Source: Podarcis pityusensis (Eukaryota). From it: a stretch of DNA of 64,000 bases. Of this stretch, positions 39,701-50,950 are shown piece by piece. Numbering within the stretch: position 1 is the first letter of the stretch; each line of letters opens with the position of its first letter. Under the pieces are notes generated by a model that did no database searches, was not told where the DNA came from, and saw only the letters and a program-made list of their open reading frames with translations. The position numbers and the translations under genes are program-made. The stretch lies in NCBI GenBank assembly GCA_964106645.2, contig OZ067043.1; one strand, given 5' to 3'.

Positions 39701-42700
39701 TCTCTAACCTGAACAGAAAAGGTTTGCACAATTTTGATGAGGCAATGATTAGCAGAGATGGATAGTGGACACATTAAGGGTGAAATAGTAGTGAAGATAC
39801 TAGTTTTTAGCTTGTAAGAGCAGATGGGTTGACTGCTCTGACACTTAATATACTTTTAGAGCTTATCATACATCAGATAATCCAGATACATATGGTACAA
39901 CAGCTGCTTCCTGAGGTTCTTTAAGTGAAATCTTTATTCCTGCCATTTTTGAGGGGTAACAGGAAGTATGCCCTTTGCTGGTTGTTCAGTTGGCTGCTGT
40001 TTTCCACCAGTTAGACAGTGCATGTCCAGTGTCTGCTTCAGTACTATCTGAAGAATAACTATGTAGATGTCATGGTATGCGGCAGACAGTCAAAACATCC
40101 TGCATCCCTAAGAATAATATTTGAGACGCTGCGGCAGTATAACACCCTTGAAGTGTGAAGGTAGGCTCAAATCCTCTGGTGTTCTGATTACTATATGTTT
40201 TGCTGTCATAAGCATATGGCATAGATAATTTCCATATTTAGTGACATGTAATTCATAAAGTTGACACCTGCTCAATTACAGGTAAAGGACCCCTGGATGG
40301 TTAAGTCCAGTCAAAGGCGACTATGGGGTTGCGGCGCTCATCTTGCTTTTCAGGCTGAGGGAGCCGGTGTTTGTCCATAGACAGCTTTCTGGGTCATGTG
40401 GCCAGCATGACTAAACTGCTGGCACAACGGGGCACCGTGTTGAGTGCCAAAGCCCACAGAAATGCCATTTACCTTCCCACCGCAGCAGTACCTATTTATC
40501 TACCTGCACTGGTGTGCTTTTGAATTGCTAGGTTGGCAGAAGCTGGGACAGAGCTACCAAGTAGTAGTATTAAATTGCAGCCTTCAAGTCAATATTTAGC
40601 CTAAATCTTTCTCCCTTGTTTATTTAACATACCCCACCTTTCTTCAATCATGGATAGCTCAGTTGGTTTGAGTGTGGTGCTGATAACACCAAGGTTGCAG
40701 GTTTGATCCCCGTATGGCAGAGCTCTCCAAACTCTTCATGTTGGTGACACCCTTTTTAAACATGCATCTGTTCGTAACACAATAATTCAGTTCTATTAGC
40801 AAAACAGAGGTTAAACTAACCCCTTCCCAACCCCGGGAGGAGCGTGGAGAACGTTCACACGGCACACCTACACACTGCAGCCAATACACTAACAGGTCCC
40901 GACACACAGTTTGGAAAGCTCTGCCATATGGGATTGCATATTCCTGCATTACAGGGGGTTGGGCTAGATGATCCTCCGGATCCCTTCCTACTCTACAATT
41001 CTAAGATTCTATGAAACTTAATGAAGCATACATGGGTTTCCTAGGTGGTCTTGGCCCAGGTATGGGTCAGACCATGATCTGCACAGCTTCATCAAAATGA
41101 CCATTTTATATTTCCCCAGAATTAAAAGATAACTTGAGCTTTTGTTAACTTGCTTTCTTGCATTGTCTTTAATCTCTTTGCTATCCTATTTTCACTCTCT
41201 TTCTCTCTCATATTCAATAGTGACTAGTAATATTTTGTGTTTTTCGGGGGAGGGGGACTTATGACAAATCTCTGCAAGTGTGATAATGAGCAAAGGTTCA
41301 CTGAATTTTAAAATTACAAAAGCACCAGTTATTCAAAAGATTATCAAAAATATTCCCAACTGAATACATAGCAATCCATAATTAAACTAATTCTATGGGT
41401 TTTCATCTAAAACTTAGTGAGATATTCCAATGAACACAAACACATTCTCATCTTAACTTAGGGTGTTTTTTGTTTCCTTGGCACACCTTACTTTGAAACT
41501 TTCTTTTATTTATTTTTTGAGAAAGTGAAGGTGACTTTATAGTATATTGCAACTGTCATTTTCTCATCATTCATAAAAAACCATACAGTGGTACTTCGGG
41601 TTACATATGCTTCAGGTTACATACGCTTCAGGTTACAGTCTCCGCTAACCCAGAAATAGTACCTTGGGTTAAGAACTTTGCTTTAGGATGAGAACAGAAA
41701 TTGTGTTCCGGTGGCGCAGCAGCAGCAGGAGCCCCATTAGCTAAAGTGGTGTTTCAGGTTAAGAATAGTTTCAGGTTAAGAACGGACCTCCGGAACGAAT
41801 TAAGTACTTAACCCAAGGTACCACTGTATTCTGGCTTTTTTCCTAATCTCCCATTGGCTTTTCATACTCTACACTTTAAAGTAATTTCATGCAAAGAATA
41901 TAATAGAGATAAAAAGTTTTTTAAAACCTACGTTCAAATAGTTCAACAAGGTCTCCTGGGTCAACTACATCAGTATATACCTAAAATGAAAATTTAAGAA
42001 AATGAAATGGAACAAGTTGGCCTCAGCTATAACAAGGACATAGAATATGGCTACCATAATTTTAAAAGGAAAGGAAAAGGAAAACTGCACTCATTTCTTT
42101 CAAAGAAAAAGCAAAAACCAAGATTCATAATTTGACACAGAGACACAAGCTTTTTCACAGAAATAACCCATTTTCTTCACTGATTTTTGCCCTTTCCAGT
42201 ATTACTTTAGTCATATATTCAACCATAAATAACAGGAATGTAAATCTGTGTTGCTTTCAACACAATGGAAAAGCCCACTGCTTACTACCAAATGGGAGCT
42301 GGTATTCTTTATTTGTTACTTTATTAGGCACTTACCGGTACTAATGAAGAGTAATGAGAGTATCAACTCACTTTTAGAGTGCATGATAAGATACACTTGT
42401 GAGAACTGACTGAAAGTGGTGTTAATTCTAGCAAGCTAGGCTGTATGGGCTACAAAGACCTGTGTGGGCGGGTGGTGCCATAAGCCATGATACTATACAA
42501 GTCAGAAAAACTGCCTGTGAATAGCTACCTTCACTGAACAGCAAACAGGCCAGGAGAATATGGATAATGCAAGACTGGGAAGGACTCACATATGCACCCT
42601 ACAACAGAGTTGTGAACTTGCAGCTCTTCTGATGTTGGACTACAACTCTCATCATCCCTGGTCACTTGGTCATGCTAGCTGGCAATGTTGGAAGTTGCAC

Positions 42701-45603
42701 CCCAAGCACATGTAGGGATCACACCCCTGCCCTACAACCATTCTTGAATCAAATTATTAACTGTAAAATATGCAGTTTCCAACCTAAATATCAATTAACA
42801 CTTGAACACAGGAACTGAGTTCCCATGTGGGTGGGCTTCCCTGTTGACTTCAGTGTGAAGTCAGACATGTATGAATAACAGGAAACTGTGCACAGGGCTA
42901 ACAATAAACAATTAAGACAGAGAGGAAACCTTTGTTCATGCGACTGTATGTACATTGCATTTTCCATCCATGTAAGTAGTTCTTAGATCAAAATGCCAGT
43001 AATGCACTGAATGTCATACCCAGGACATGGTGAACATTTACCTTTTCAAATATCAGTTTTTCATTAAATAGAAGGGGAAATATTGCACGAACAGACGATG
43101 TCTTCTTATATTGTCCTAGAATGCGGGCACTGATATAAAGGTCATCTTTGGCTTTCAGGGTAACTCCCGGACATGTTATCTGGAAGATCAATGTTCAATT
43201 ATGTCACAAAATTTGTATAGCTACTTGATGCCAACATGGGGTTGCTGCTAAAAAAACTGCATCCCTATATTGAATTCTCTGTCTGCCCCTGCTCAGCATC
43301 TTTGGCTGCAGCTGCCACAGGCAAGGAAATGAAGCATATCATAATGTCACAACATTAAGTATTTCTACACAAACTTCTATCGATATGATAATGCAGTAAT
43401 TTCATATAGTTTTGTTTCAATTAAAAATTAAAGAAAAACATATTTATACATGTTACAGGAGAAGGGGAAAACTAGATATGGCGATGCCATTTTCAGGAGC
43501 AGCCCTGAATCAAAGAGTGCAGTCTGTATTGAATTTTTAGTTCAAGCTACGAGAAAAATGAAACCAATATTGAAATGTGTGTTTATTTATTATTTACATT
43601 TAAAGATCGCCCTTCATCCAATAGGATCCCAGGGCAATGAACACACAAGATAAAACAATAAAACAATTTCAGCATAATTAAAGCATCACATTACACCAAT
43701 ACAACAGCTCAGCAGCTGCATTAGAATCATCAATTCCACTCACAGACCTTTCAAATGACTGGGTGAAAATAAGTGTTTTAAGCAGTTTTCTAAAAGTCAT
43801 CAATTATGGGGGGGGGTCAGGATGGGGACAGCTGGATGCCCGGGGGGGGGGGTGGAAGTTCCACCAGCAGATTGCCACCACAAAGAAGGCTGTGGATCCC
43901 ACCTGCATCACTGTAAAAAGGCCCTTTCAACCAGTGAAACTGTAAGATCCTACACCACCAAATTGCAGAACTCAACTTGGCAGATATGGGTGAGATGTTC
44001 CATCAAGTAATTGGGCCCTAACCTATTTAGGGCTCTACACTTTAGAGTCAACACCTTGAATTGAGCTGACTGGCAGAAAGGGAGCTGGTACTAGAGTGTT
44101 AAATGATTGTTTATCCACAAACAACTCCCAACCCATGCAGACACATTTTGTGCTGGCTGCAGCTTCCACACTGTCCCCAGAGGAAGTCCCACATATAGCA
44201 TATTACAGTGGTTCAAATGGCATCGTATCAGAGCACAGGTCACTGTGGTCAGCCTATGCCTGATACTCCTGAGCACTGAAGCCACCTGGGCCTGAAGTTA
44301 GTACCTGCTGCTTCAGGTAGAAAGAAACTCCATCTAAGACTGGTTCTCTCCCCAGTTCTCAGACATGAAAACCATTATTGCTGGGCTTGAAGGGGGAAAG
44401 TCCCCCAGGATCATGGAGACATATTACATGGGGCATCCCAACATTTATTTGGGGATTCAGGGTCATAAAAACTTTACTTTGGGGTTCAGAGAAAGATGAA
44501 CTCCACTTCTTTTTCTCGTGTTCCAAACTTTCCAGCAAATAAAGAACAGGAAACAAGTAACCATCATCATGAACAAAGTTACAGCTTGTGGTTTGTCTGG
44601 AGTGAGACACATGCCCAGGTTTGAACAGCACACTAAGTCAAACCATGGCTTAGCTCACAGCAGTACAACCGCTGGAGGACAGGAGAAAGAGCAAAGCAAC
44701 CATGATCTTTTCTCTGGGGACGTGCACATTCACACTAAGCCATGATTTGCCCAAGTGTTGCATGCAAAACTTGTCACTCCTGCAAGTATTTTAGCAGCTG
44801 ATTAATTGCATTCAGCACCAGATGTGCCCAACTCACATTCCACACAGGGATTGGTGCAGAGTTTGCAAAAAAAGCAAAACGTTGGCGTCTAATTGGTCAG
44901 GAGGAAATGGAGAGGAGGAGATTTAATCTAACGGTTACTGAAGCATTTCAGGAAGTTTGGGGGGGTGGGAGAAGAGGCAAAAGGAAGTTTCCAGATGTAC
45001 TCGAGAACGTCAGTCAGTAGAAAGGGGAAAAGAAAAAGTTGGATGGGGCAGGATTTTAGAAACAAATCAAATAAAACCACGTTTTCTGACTGGGCAGCTT
45101 TGCTTGTAACAAATCCATCAGCGGCAGCAAGTGTGTCACAGAACAGGCGCATCAGTCTTAACAAGGATTCATGCACCAGGTCCTCCACCCTCCCGATTTC
45201 CGCCAACACCGTTAGGAGGAATTAAAAAACCCCTGCCAGGATTAAGTCAAGAGTGCGCCCCCCCCCATCTCGCCCCACTCTCATTATTGGGGGGAGGCTT
45301 TTTATTTCGTCTTAAAGCAAGAGTGGAAGAACCTGAAGGCGAAAGAGCAGCCCCACAAAGGAAGAAAACTTTGAAGGCTCCCCAAATCGCTTCCTCCAGG
45401 TCTCTCCCGGAGGCGCCCCTTCCGCCCTGGCATCTTGGCCCCCGTTCCCTGTCCACTTTCCCCTCTCGCATCCCCCGTGTCCCACCCAGAGTCCACCATC
45501 TTGCCCCCGCCGCGCGCGCTTAATCCTTTCCCCGCCGCCTATTTCGCCTCACCGAGCGGATCTGCAGCTCCAGAACGCAGAGGAAGCCCTTGCTTGGCGA
45601 CAT
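18603..45603 (-). CDS. SPATA6: SPATA6, spermatogenesis-associated protein 6; 13 coding exons, 1470 nt, 489 aa (using the 18774 acceptor for the last exon)
   Basis: Hand-assembled exons with GT-AG ends and matching phases give an open frame: MSPSKGFLCVLELQIRSITCPGVTLKAKDDLYIS...YEENTRDFLFP...SPSPYTKRRMCEL...PPFVVRR...LDDDDYWTSQAAEYKSKPHRAIFEDSLQKIYRNMYRKA. This matches the recalled SPATA6 N-terminal domain, and the central and C-terminal motifs are ones I recall in SPATA6 but not SPATA6L. Confidence 0.93.
21261..21385 (-). CDS. SPATA6: SPATA6 exon 12 (125 nt, DESCLSKDDSAK...SDLQS)
   Basis: Acceptor gattccttag, donor gtaaag; open frame, phase 0 to 2. Confidence 0.85.
21908..22007 (-). CDS. SPATA6: SPATA6 exon 11 (100 nt, FRSGWSATVNGEEIHKRVRNILRTHSARQRLTF)
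   Basis: Acceptor cttttgattatag, donor gtacgt; EIHxRV motif. Confidence 0.92.
24668..24988 (+). mobile_element. CR1 LINE 3' fragment
   Basis: ORF2 end ([41 protein letters not shown]) and (ATTCTATG)n tail. Confidence 0.92.
27623..27804 (-). CDS. SPATA6: SPATA6 exon 10 (182 nt, ATRSHSDKD...LLMHSAPP...SLRER)
   Basis: Acceptor tttgtttccggcag, donor gtaatg; HSAP and SLRER motifs. Confidence 0.9.
28096..28254. mobile_element. Old PIF/Harbinger-like MITE
   Basis: Imperfect TIRs gggttgttcccagca / tgttggatgcaaccc flanked by TAA. Confidence 0.5.
29733..29773 (-). CDS. SPATA6: SPATA6 exon 9 (41 nt, DPTLLGSYRPKNRK)
   Basis: Acceptor tattttttag, donor gtaagt; LGxxRPK motif; phase 1 to 0. Confidence 0.88.
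30787..30922. mobile_element. hAT-type palindromic MITE (same family as 15717-15852)
   Basis: Same TIRs; TSD ctataagt / ctataaga. Confidence 0.9.
32729..32816 (-). CDS. SPATA6: SPATA6 exon 8 (88 nt, PEQLSASPDVFTWCRPKDNIKDAWPETTY)
   Basis: Acceptor ttaattttcag, donor gtaagt; phase 0 to 1 fits its neighbours. Confidence 0.85.
33849..34124 (-). CDS. SPATA6: SPATA6 exon 7 (276 nt, DNLDQQQ...SPSPYTKRRMCEL...PPFVVRR)
   Basis: Acceptor ctcttcaattcag, donor gtatgt; open frame includes ORF 33732..33950. Confidence 0.93.
34425..34666 (+). mobile_element. Tigger-like MITE in SPATA6 intron 6
   Basis: TIRs cagtggtacctc / gaggtaccactg, TA TSD, internal taacctgaag repeats. Confidence 0.9.
35437..35517 (-). 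CDS. SPATA6: SPATA6 exon 6 (81 nt, GIAPKLKFFTSCLISENLLRSEKAQKQ)
   Basis: Acceptor ctctcttctag, donor gttagc. Confidence 0.92.
37420..37544 (-). CDS. SPATA6: SPATA6 exon 5 (125 nt, VGEILATYEENTRDFLFPAP...FGFT)
   Basis: Acceptor tattttcag, donor gtaagt; ENTRDF motif. Confidence 0.95.
39249..39342 (-). mobile_element. Internally deleted tRNA-Ile/CR1-tail SINE
   Basis: The reverse complement gives the same head and tail as the 40652 copy, without the middle. Confidence 0.7.
39584..39625 (-). CDS. SPATA6: SPATA6 exon 4 (42 nt, DTTVLELIQTVPP)
   Basis: Pyrimidine tract plus ctag acceptor, donor gtattg; ELIQxVPP motif. Confidence 0.93.
40280..40554 (-). mobile_element. Sauria SINE, 5'-truncated
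   Basis: ggtaaaggacccctgg...tacctatttatctac...gctgggacagagc. Confidence 0.88.
40652..41014 (+). mobile_element. tRNA-Ile-derived SINE with CR1-like tail (lacertid POM-type), split by a MITE
   Basis: Head tagctcagttggtttgagtgtggtgctgataacaccaaggttgcaggtttgatccc; tail ggggttgggctagatgatcc...attctatga. Confidence 0.82.
40718..40923. mobile_element. hAT MITE nested in the SINE
   Basis: TIRs cagagctctccaaact / agtttggaaagctctg; TSD ccgtatgg / ccatatgg. Confidence 0.9.
41586..41826 (-). mobile_element. Tigger-like MITE in SPATA6 intron 3 (inverted copy of 34425-34666)
   Basis: Reverse complement of the 34425 element; TA TSD. Confidence 0.9.
41932..41980 (-). CDS. SPATA6: SPATA6 exon 3 (49 nt, VYTDVVDPGDLVELFE)
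   Basis: Acceptor ttcattttag, donor gtaggt; VDPGD motif. Confidence 0.93.
43042..43179 (-). CDS. SPATA6: SPATA6 exon 2 (138 nt, ITCPGVTLK...LIFEK)
   Basis: Acceptor cttccag, donor gtaaat; matches ORF 42988..43191. Confidence 0.95.
43575..44295 (-). mobile_element. Degenerate L2 3' fragment
   Basis: ORF 44091..44285 (HLNHCNMLYVGLPLGTVWKLQPAQNVSA) resembles SRLDYCNSLYAGLPLKLSQKLQRVQNAAA in the young L2. Confidence 0.75.
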
Positions 45604-45960
45604 TATGGGGAAGGAAGAGGAGGGCGGCGGCGGCAAAGGCAGCCCCACTGTCCCACCCGCCGGGTGGGGAGGCACGGGGTGGAGAGGTTGGAGAAGGGGA
45701 CCTTTCGGTCCCCACACAGGACGTGCTGCACAACTAGGCCCCGCCCGCCGGCCCGCCGGCCGCCCTGGACGGACTCGGTAACTATGGCAGCCGGAACGCT
45801 AACGGGGCCCCTGAGGGTGGGGAGGGGGCGTGGCTAACGGAACCCTCGCTGCTTTGAAAAGCAAAGAGGGATTTTGAAAAGGAAAATATAATTAATTCAG
45901 AGCCCCCGGCGACCGTCACTTCCGGTTCCGATTGCCGCGCTGGCTTCCTCCATGTAGGGG
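45400..45960 (-). promoter_or_regulatory. CpG-island promoter and 5' region of SPATA6
   Basis: Sharp GC and CpG enrichment around exon 1; GC boxes (ccccgccc 45739, gggggcgtggc 45824), X-box-like 45778-45791, TAACGG at 45800 and 45835, CGTCACTTCCGG at 45914-45925. Confidence 0.85.
45553..45603 (-). CDS. SPATA6: SPATA6 coding exon 1 (51 nt, MSPSKGFLCVLELQIRS)
   Basis: ATG at 45603 inside the CpG island; donor GTGAG at 45552-45548. Confidence 0.9.
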
Positions 45961-46909
45961 GCGAGAGTGGGGAAGGAAAGAGGGATTTTTTTTATTTTTA
46001 AGGAAAAGCTCCCATGGTAGAGGTGTGTGACAAGGGAAGGTCGAAACACATGTATTTCATTGATGGCGACGTTTTGAATCCATTATCTGCCTTTTAAACG
46101 TGTGTTCTTGTAACTGTCTTGGGACTTTTGGGTGATGGAAGGATTGTAAATACCCGAAGTAAACAAAGGCCGAGATTGATCAGTTTATTGGGGTTCTCTA
46201 CATAGAAGCGCTTTAAAACGTTTTGCGTAATGAATCTTCAGCAGGGCCTGTGCAGAACCTTTTTTTAAAAAACCTGAGGTGGACCAGAAAATTGTGCCTA
46301 ATCCCGTGGCTAACTTTCGGCTTCTAAACCAACTCCCATCTTGCCCATCCAGCACAGTCCATGGCCAGCAACGTCTACAGGGCTGTCTTGTAGCCCCCAC
46401 TGTTTTACTTCTTTATTTTATTTATTTAACAAAATTAGTATGCGACTTGCTTGTAATAAAACCTCTAAGTGGACTACAGGAATATAAAATAAAAGTACTA
46501 AAATTAATGATTATAAAACCAGTTAAAAGCAGGGATTAAAAATCATTAAAGAGATGGAGTTCCGGTGGGATGTCAATAAATAAATAAGCTTGCAGGCCTC
46601 ACGAAAACTGCCCCTCACTGGTCGTTAATCAAATCTATCCGCTGAGTTATGCAGACCTGTGTTACAAACAGCTGGCACTCTTGCTGTGTGGCAGATGCTG
46701 AGGTAGAAGCGCTACATATGCAGGAAGAAATCTCTTGGAGTTGGCACAACACTTTGGGCTTTTAATTATCAAAGTAATTATTCCGTCTCCGAATATGAAT
46801 TTTCAAAGTATCATACACTCACAATAGATAAATTATATTTTAAAAGGTCATAAAATACAACCAGGAAACAAGGAAGATATCAGAAAAAACCATAAATTTA
46901 CTAATACAA

Positions 46910-47003
46910 TCTCTAATTGTAGAGTTGGAAGGGATCTCAAGGGTCATCTAGTCCAAACTCTTGCAATGCAGGAATCTCACAGATGGCCATCCAACCTCTG
47001 CTT
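46910..47003 (-). mobile_element. Short CR1 3' end fragment
   Basis: attgtagagttggaagggatctcaagggtcatctagtccaa...catccaacctctgctt. Confidence 0.7.
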
Positions 47004-47912
47004 GTCACGTTTTAGTGCCTTTGAATCACAACTGCAAAGACCCTTTCCCCAGATTGCTCACCTAGCCTAAGGGCAGTAGTACCCAAGAGCCTCAGATTAT
47101 TACCTTAATAGTCAAACTGGTTGGTGTGGGAGCAGGGAGTCTCTTGGGTGGGTTAACAGCTGCATTTGGACCAAATGAATTTTCTTTGAAGTATCAGAGG
47201 CATCCCTACATACAACACACTGGAGCAGACTAATCTGGATGTTGTCTGGGATAACTTGCCAAGGGGTCAGGGCTGATGTTGGCAAAAGGCACATGGTGCC
47301 TCAGATGCTTATTGGTAATCAAGAGAGAGGTAGCTCTAAACTGCACTCGTAAGCTGCAAACTGGATCCTTTAGGAGATTTGGACTCCAACTCCCAACATC
47401 TCATCATTGGCTGGGGTTGATGGGAGTAGGAGATCAAAAACATCAGGAGGACCAATAGTTCCTTAACTGTGTTTTAGGGGAAGTCACCTCACAGGTCAGG
47501 TAAGCACAAAACATGATGTGCACCTTACTATACTGACATGGTAGCAATTGTATGGCCCAGGTCCAGCCCTCTATTTCCCATTACCCATTAGCATTCTCAT
47601 GAAAACTGCTTACTGCACTAGTTGAAACAGAAATGCTTCACTATTTTCAAATGAAGCAGCCTCTGGTGCCCCAAACACCTTTTATATAAGAAGTAAGTTG
47701 TCAACATTTCTTTTCCCACACCTTTCCATGCATTTCTTTTATACCTATGCTTTGTGTGCCACTACTGTGTAATATCTGGCAATGGTGGCTGCTGAAAGCC
47801 TCAATATTGCTGCTGCCTGTTCCTCACTACCTTGCACTGAGTTTGAGCTCCATTCTGTTTATTCATATCTTGCAAATAAACTGTGCTCTTACGTTCCATC
47901 AAGTGGCTAAAT

Positions 47913-48261
47913 CAGCTTTTCCCCAAACCAAAGTCCTCCAGATGTTTGGACTACAACTCCCCATCATTAAACTAGCACCTGGGGGACCAGCGTTCAAATC
48001 CCCGCTTGGTCATGAAGGTCAATTGGACCAGTGACCTTGGACCAGTGACTGCCTTTCAGCCTAACCTACCACACAGGATTGTTGTGAGAATTATATGAGA
48101 GGGGGAGAACCACCACTGTGAGCTTGGAGAAGAAGGTGGGATATAAATACAATAAATAACAATAAATAACAAGAATTAACATTCTTGACCATTGGCAATT
48201 CTGGCTTATGAGAGTTGTATTCCAACGCATCTGGAGGTTGGTCTAAATAATAATAAGGCTG
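47913..48261. mobile_element. Old palindromic hAT MITE interrupted by an L2-tailed SINE (Squam3-like, about 47970-48180)
   Basis: MITE halves ctccagatgtttggactacaactccc and gagttgtattccaacgcatctggagg; TSD ggctaaat / gtctaaat; the insert has a B-box gttcaaatcc and an (AATAAATAAC)n tail. Confidence 0.7.
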
Positions 48262-50873
48262 GTCTAAATAATAAGAAATGCAGCAGTGGAGAATACGTTA
48301 GTTATTGTGCCCTACATACTGCTGTCTTTACTAATAGTGAATACTGCACTCAATGAGATTTAGCTGAGTGCTGATCATCCACTACATCCTACATTTTGAA
48401 TTATTTATATAATCCAACCTTCCTCAACCTGATACTCTCCAGAGGTTTTGGACAACTGCCATCATCCCTGACCATTGGCCATTCTGGGGCTGCTGCTAGA
48501 TAGGAGTCCAACAGCAACTGGAGGGCATCAAGTTGTGGAAGCCTGATGTAAGCAAAAATGTGCATATCAATTTTCCTTGGATGCTGGTACAAAAGTGAAA
48601 AATTATTCCTGTCGGTTTAAACTCCATGTTTGCCTGTTTACTTGTAGTTTAGTACATTTCTTTGTAAGTGCTAAAGCCCTCAACAGAAAGCAAAAATCTA
48701 TGAGACTTGATGGACCATTTGTCTTATCTTGGATGGCATTTCATCTGTTCATCCCTGATTAATTAATTACCGGATTAATAGTACATTTCACAGTAACCAA
48801 ACTGCAATTTGTACAAATTTGTTTAGTCAAGGGAAGAAGCCAAAAACATTAAAATGAAACAATCCAACAAAGACAGGCAGAATGTTATAAGAAAAGAGAT
48901 TATAACTAGCTCTAGTGGGAGCAAAATGAATCACATTATCAAAGCGTAATGAAACAGGGAAGGTAGAATGATAGATTATAGATGAGATTAGAGGACAGAG
49001 ATTACCTAAGGGTTTTAGAAGAATTCACAAACTGTATTTTTACACAATCTTTTTGTTTTAGCACAAAAGGAAAGAGCTCATGTTTTAGAATACACTGATA
49101 TTCTTTGCTCAGATAGAGACCATGTTCACTTTGTGTTCCACATTATATTATACATTCATCACCCGGCTGAAGGGACATCAGCCCCCCATATTAGACTACG
49201 TATATCTTAAAACTGTTGTGAGCAGCAGTCTATGCACATATTTTCACTTCATAAATGCTTCAGGTTCAGCAGAGTGTCTTCAGGCCGTGAGGGTGATTAA
49301 TATTATAAATATTAATATTATAAAGCAATCCAGATGTGGCCCTCCAGATGTTATTGGTCTCCAATTCCAAGAAGCCCTTACCTTTGGCCGTGGTGACTAC
49401 AGCTGATGGGTGTTATAGTTCAGCAAAACCCAGAGGTCCACAGGTTCCCCTTATCTGTTGTAAAGCATCGAAGCCATAAACATGAGACATGAATGTGTGT
49501 TGGCTGGGTAATCACACACACTGTGTGAATTAATGAAAAACACAGTTACTCAGCCATTATCACTCATTTGCACTATCTGTCATCTATTTACTGCATTTAC
49601 ATAATATAGTATAATGGAGAAGGGGAGGGAAAGAGACAAAAGCATTCAATATTTTGATCATCACATATCTGGAAATTTGAGTCCTATTTATATTCAGATG
49701 AAGGTTCTTGGAGGACAGACAGTAAATTGAAACTAACAGAAGATTCATCACAATATGACATTTCCCTGTAATTTTTCAGTGGTTCCTCGTTAAGTGAGCC
49801 AGGCAAGGCAAAATCAAGACACCACCAATGAAAGTTCAATCACTGAATTCGAGCTGTCGCTTCCTATGTTTGCATCTTGGTTTTGCAACTTGGAATGCAT
49901 TTGTGAGTTTATGGAACAATATCAGGGAAAGGTCACCTCATGATATTACAGTATTTCCCTCTAAAAGTAGAGTATATAAACTTATCAGATAACCAGTTTT
50001 TTTTTGCAATGGGGATTCTGCTCTGCATAGGCAAAAGCATTGCTAGATTGACTTCATACTTGCCAAATGTTCAGTGTTATGATGGGTGATGTGTCTCTGG
50101 ATTTTATTATATATAATTGTCATCTGTACAAACTCGCCACAAAGACATATTGCAGCCTATTGCAGGACCCTTGTTAGAGAGAAGTCAATCACATGTGTCA
50201 AGAATATTGAACCTATTTTACTACTGTACTTTTCCTTTTCCCCATAGACATAGCAGCTTTTCACTTGCATGCAAAAAAGTTAAGAGGTGAACTCAGATAC
50301 ACACCATTAGGATGTGGTCCCCCCGTTAAATTGGGGGTCATAAAACTCTGACTGGCAGGCTTAATTTGGCCCAGCAGAGACCCTAATTTAGTCTGCAAAC
50401 TATTTTTACCAAAACATGCTTAGTAGCCTCACTCTACCACATGTGGGGCAGGTACAGTGGAACGATCAGGAGCCTACAGTGAGCTCCCAATGGTCCCTTT
50501 GCAAGAGGGGCTCCATGTCAGTGCCAGTCAGCTCCGACAGAGAGACCCACATGGATCAGCTGCACTAGTGAGTTCCTGCTTGGGAATTCCCCAGTGCAAT
50601 TGAGAGAGCTCTGTTTTGAAGCAGTTTGCATTGAAAGTGCTTGCTACACCAGAAACTCTGCAAAGGAAAAAAATATGAATTTCAGCAAACATTTTCAACG
50701 CAAACCACACGAACGGAGCATGCCTCTTTGAAGCACTGCCAATCAGCATTCAAACGTGCATACTCCATTAGTGCAAAGCAGTTTTCTTGCTACGATGGGG
50801 TGGGGGTGGGGAAGATCCAATTAAAATTACCCATAATGGGAGTCAGGTGGCACCTTGGAAACTAACAGGTTTA

Positions 50874-50950
50874 TTCTGAAGTGAGCTCTAGTCCACCATA
50901 ATATATCTGCTTGTCTTTATGACACCACAGATCTCTTTTTTGTAGTCTTG
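50874..50950 (+). mobile_element. Degenerate Penelope-like terminal fragment
   Basis: ctgaagtgagctctagtccac-cataatatatctgcttgtctttatgacaccacaga resembles reptile Penelope ends, with the GAAAG segment deleted. Confidence 0.5.

Noticed and set aside
40652-40717. tRNA-Ile(GAT)-like sequence
   Set aside because: It is a SINE head with a broken acceptor stem, continuous with a CR1-like tail, and not a tRNA gene.
45131-45781. Pro/Gly/Arg-rich ORFs of 60-130 aa
   Set aside because: Expected from low stop-codon density in the CpG island; only the 51-nt SPATA6 exon 1 is supported.
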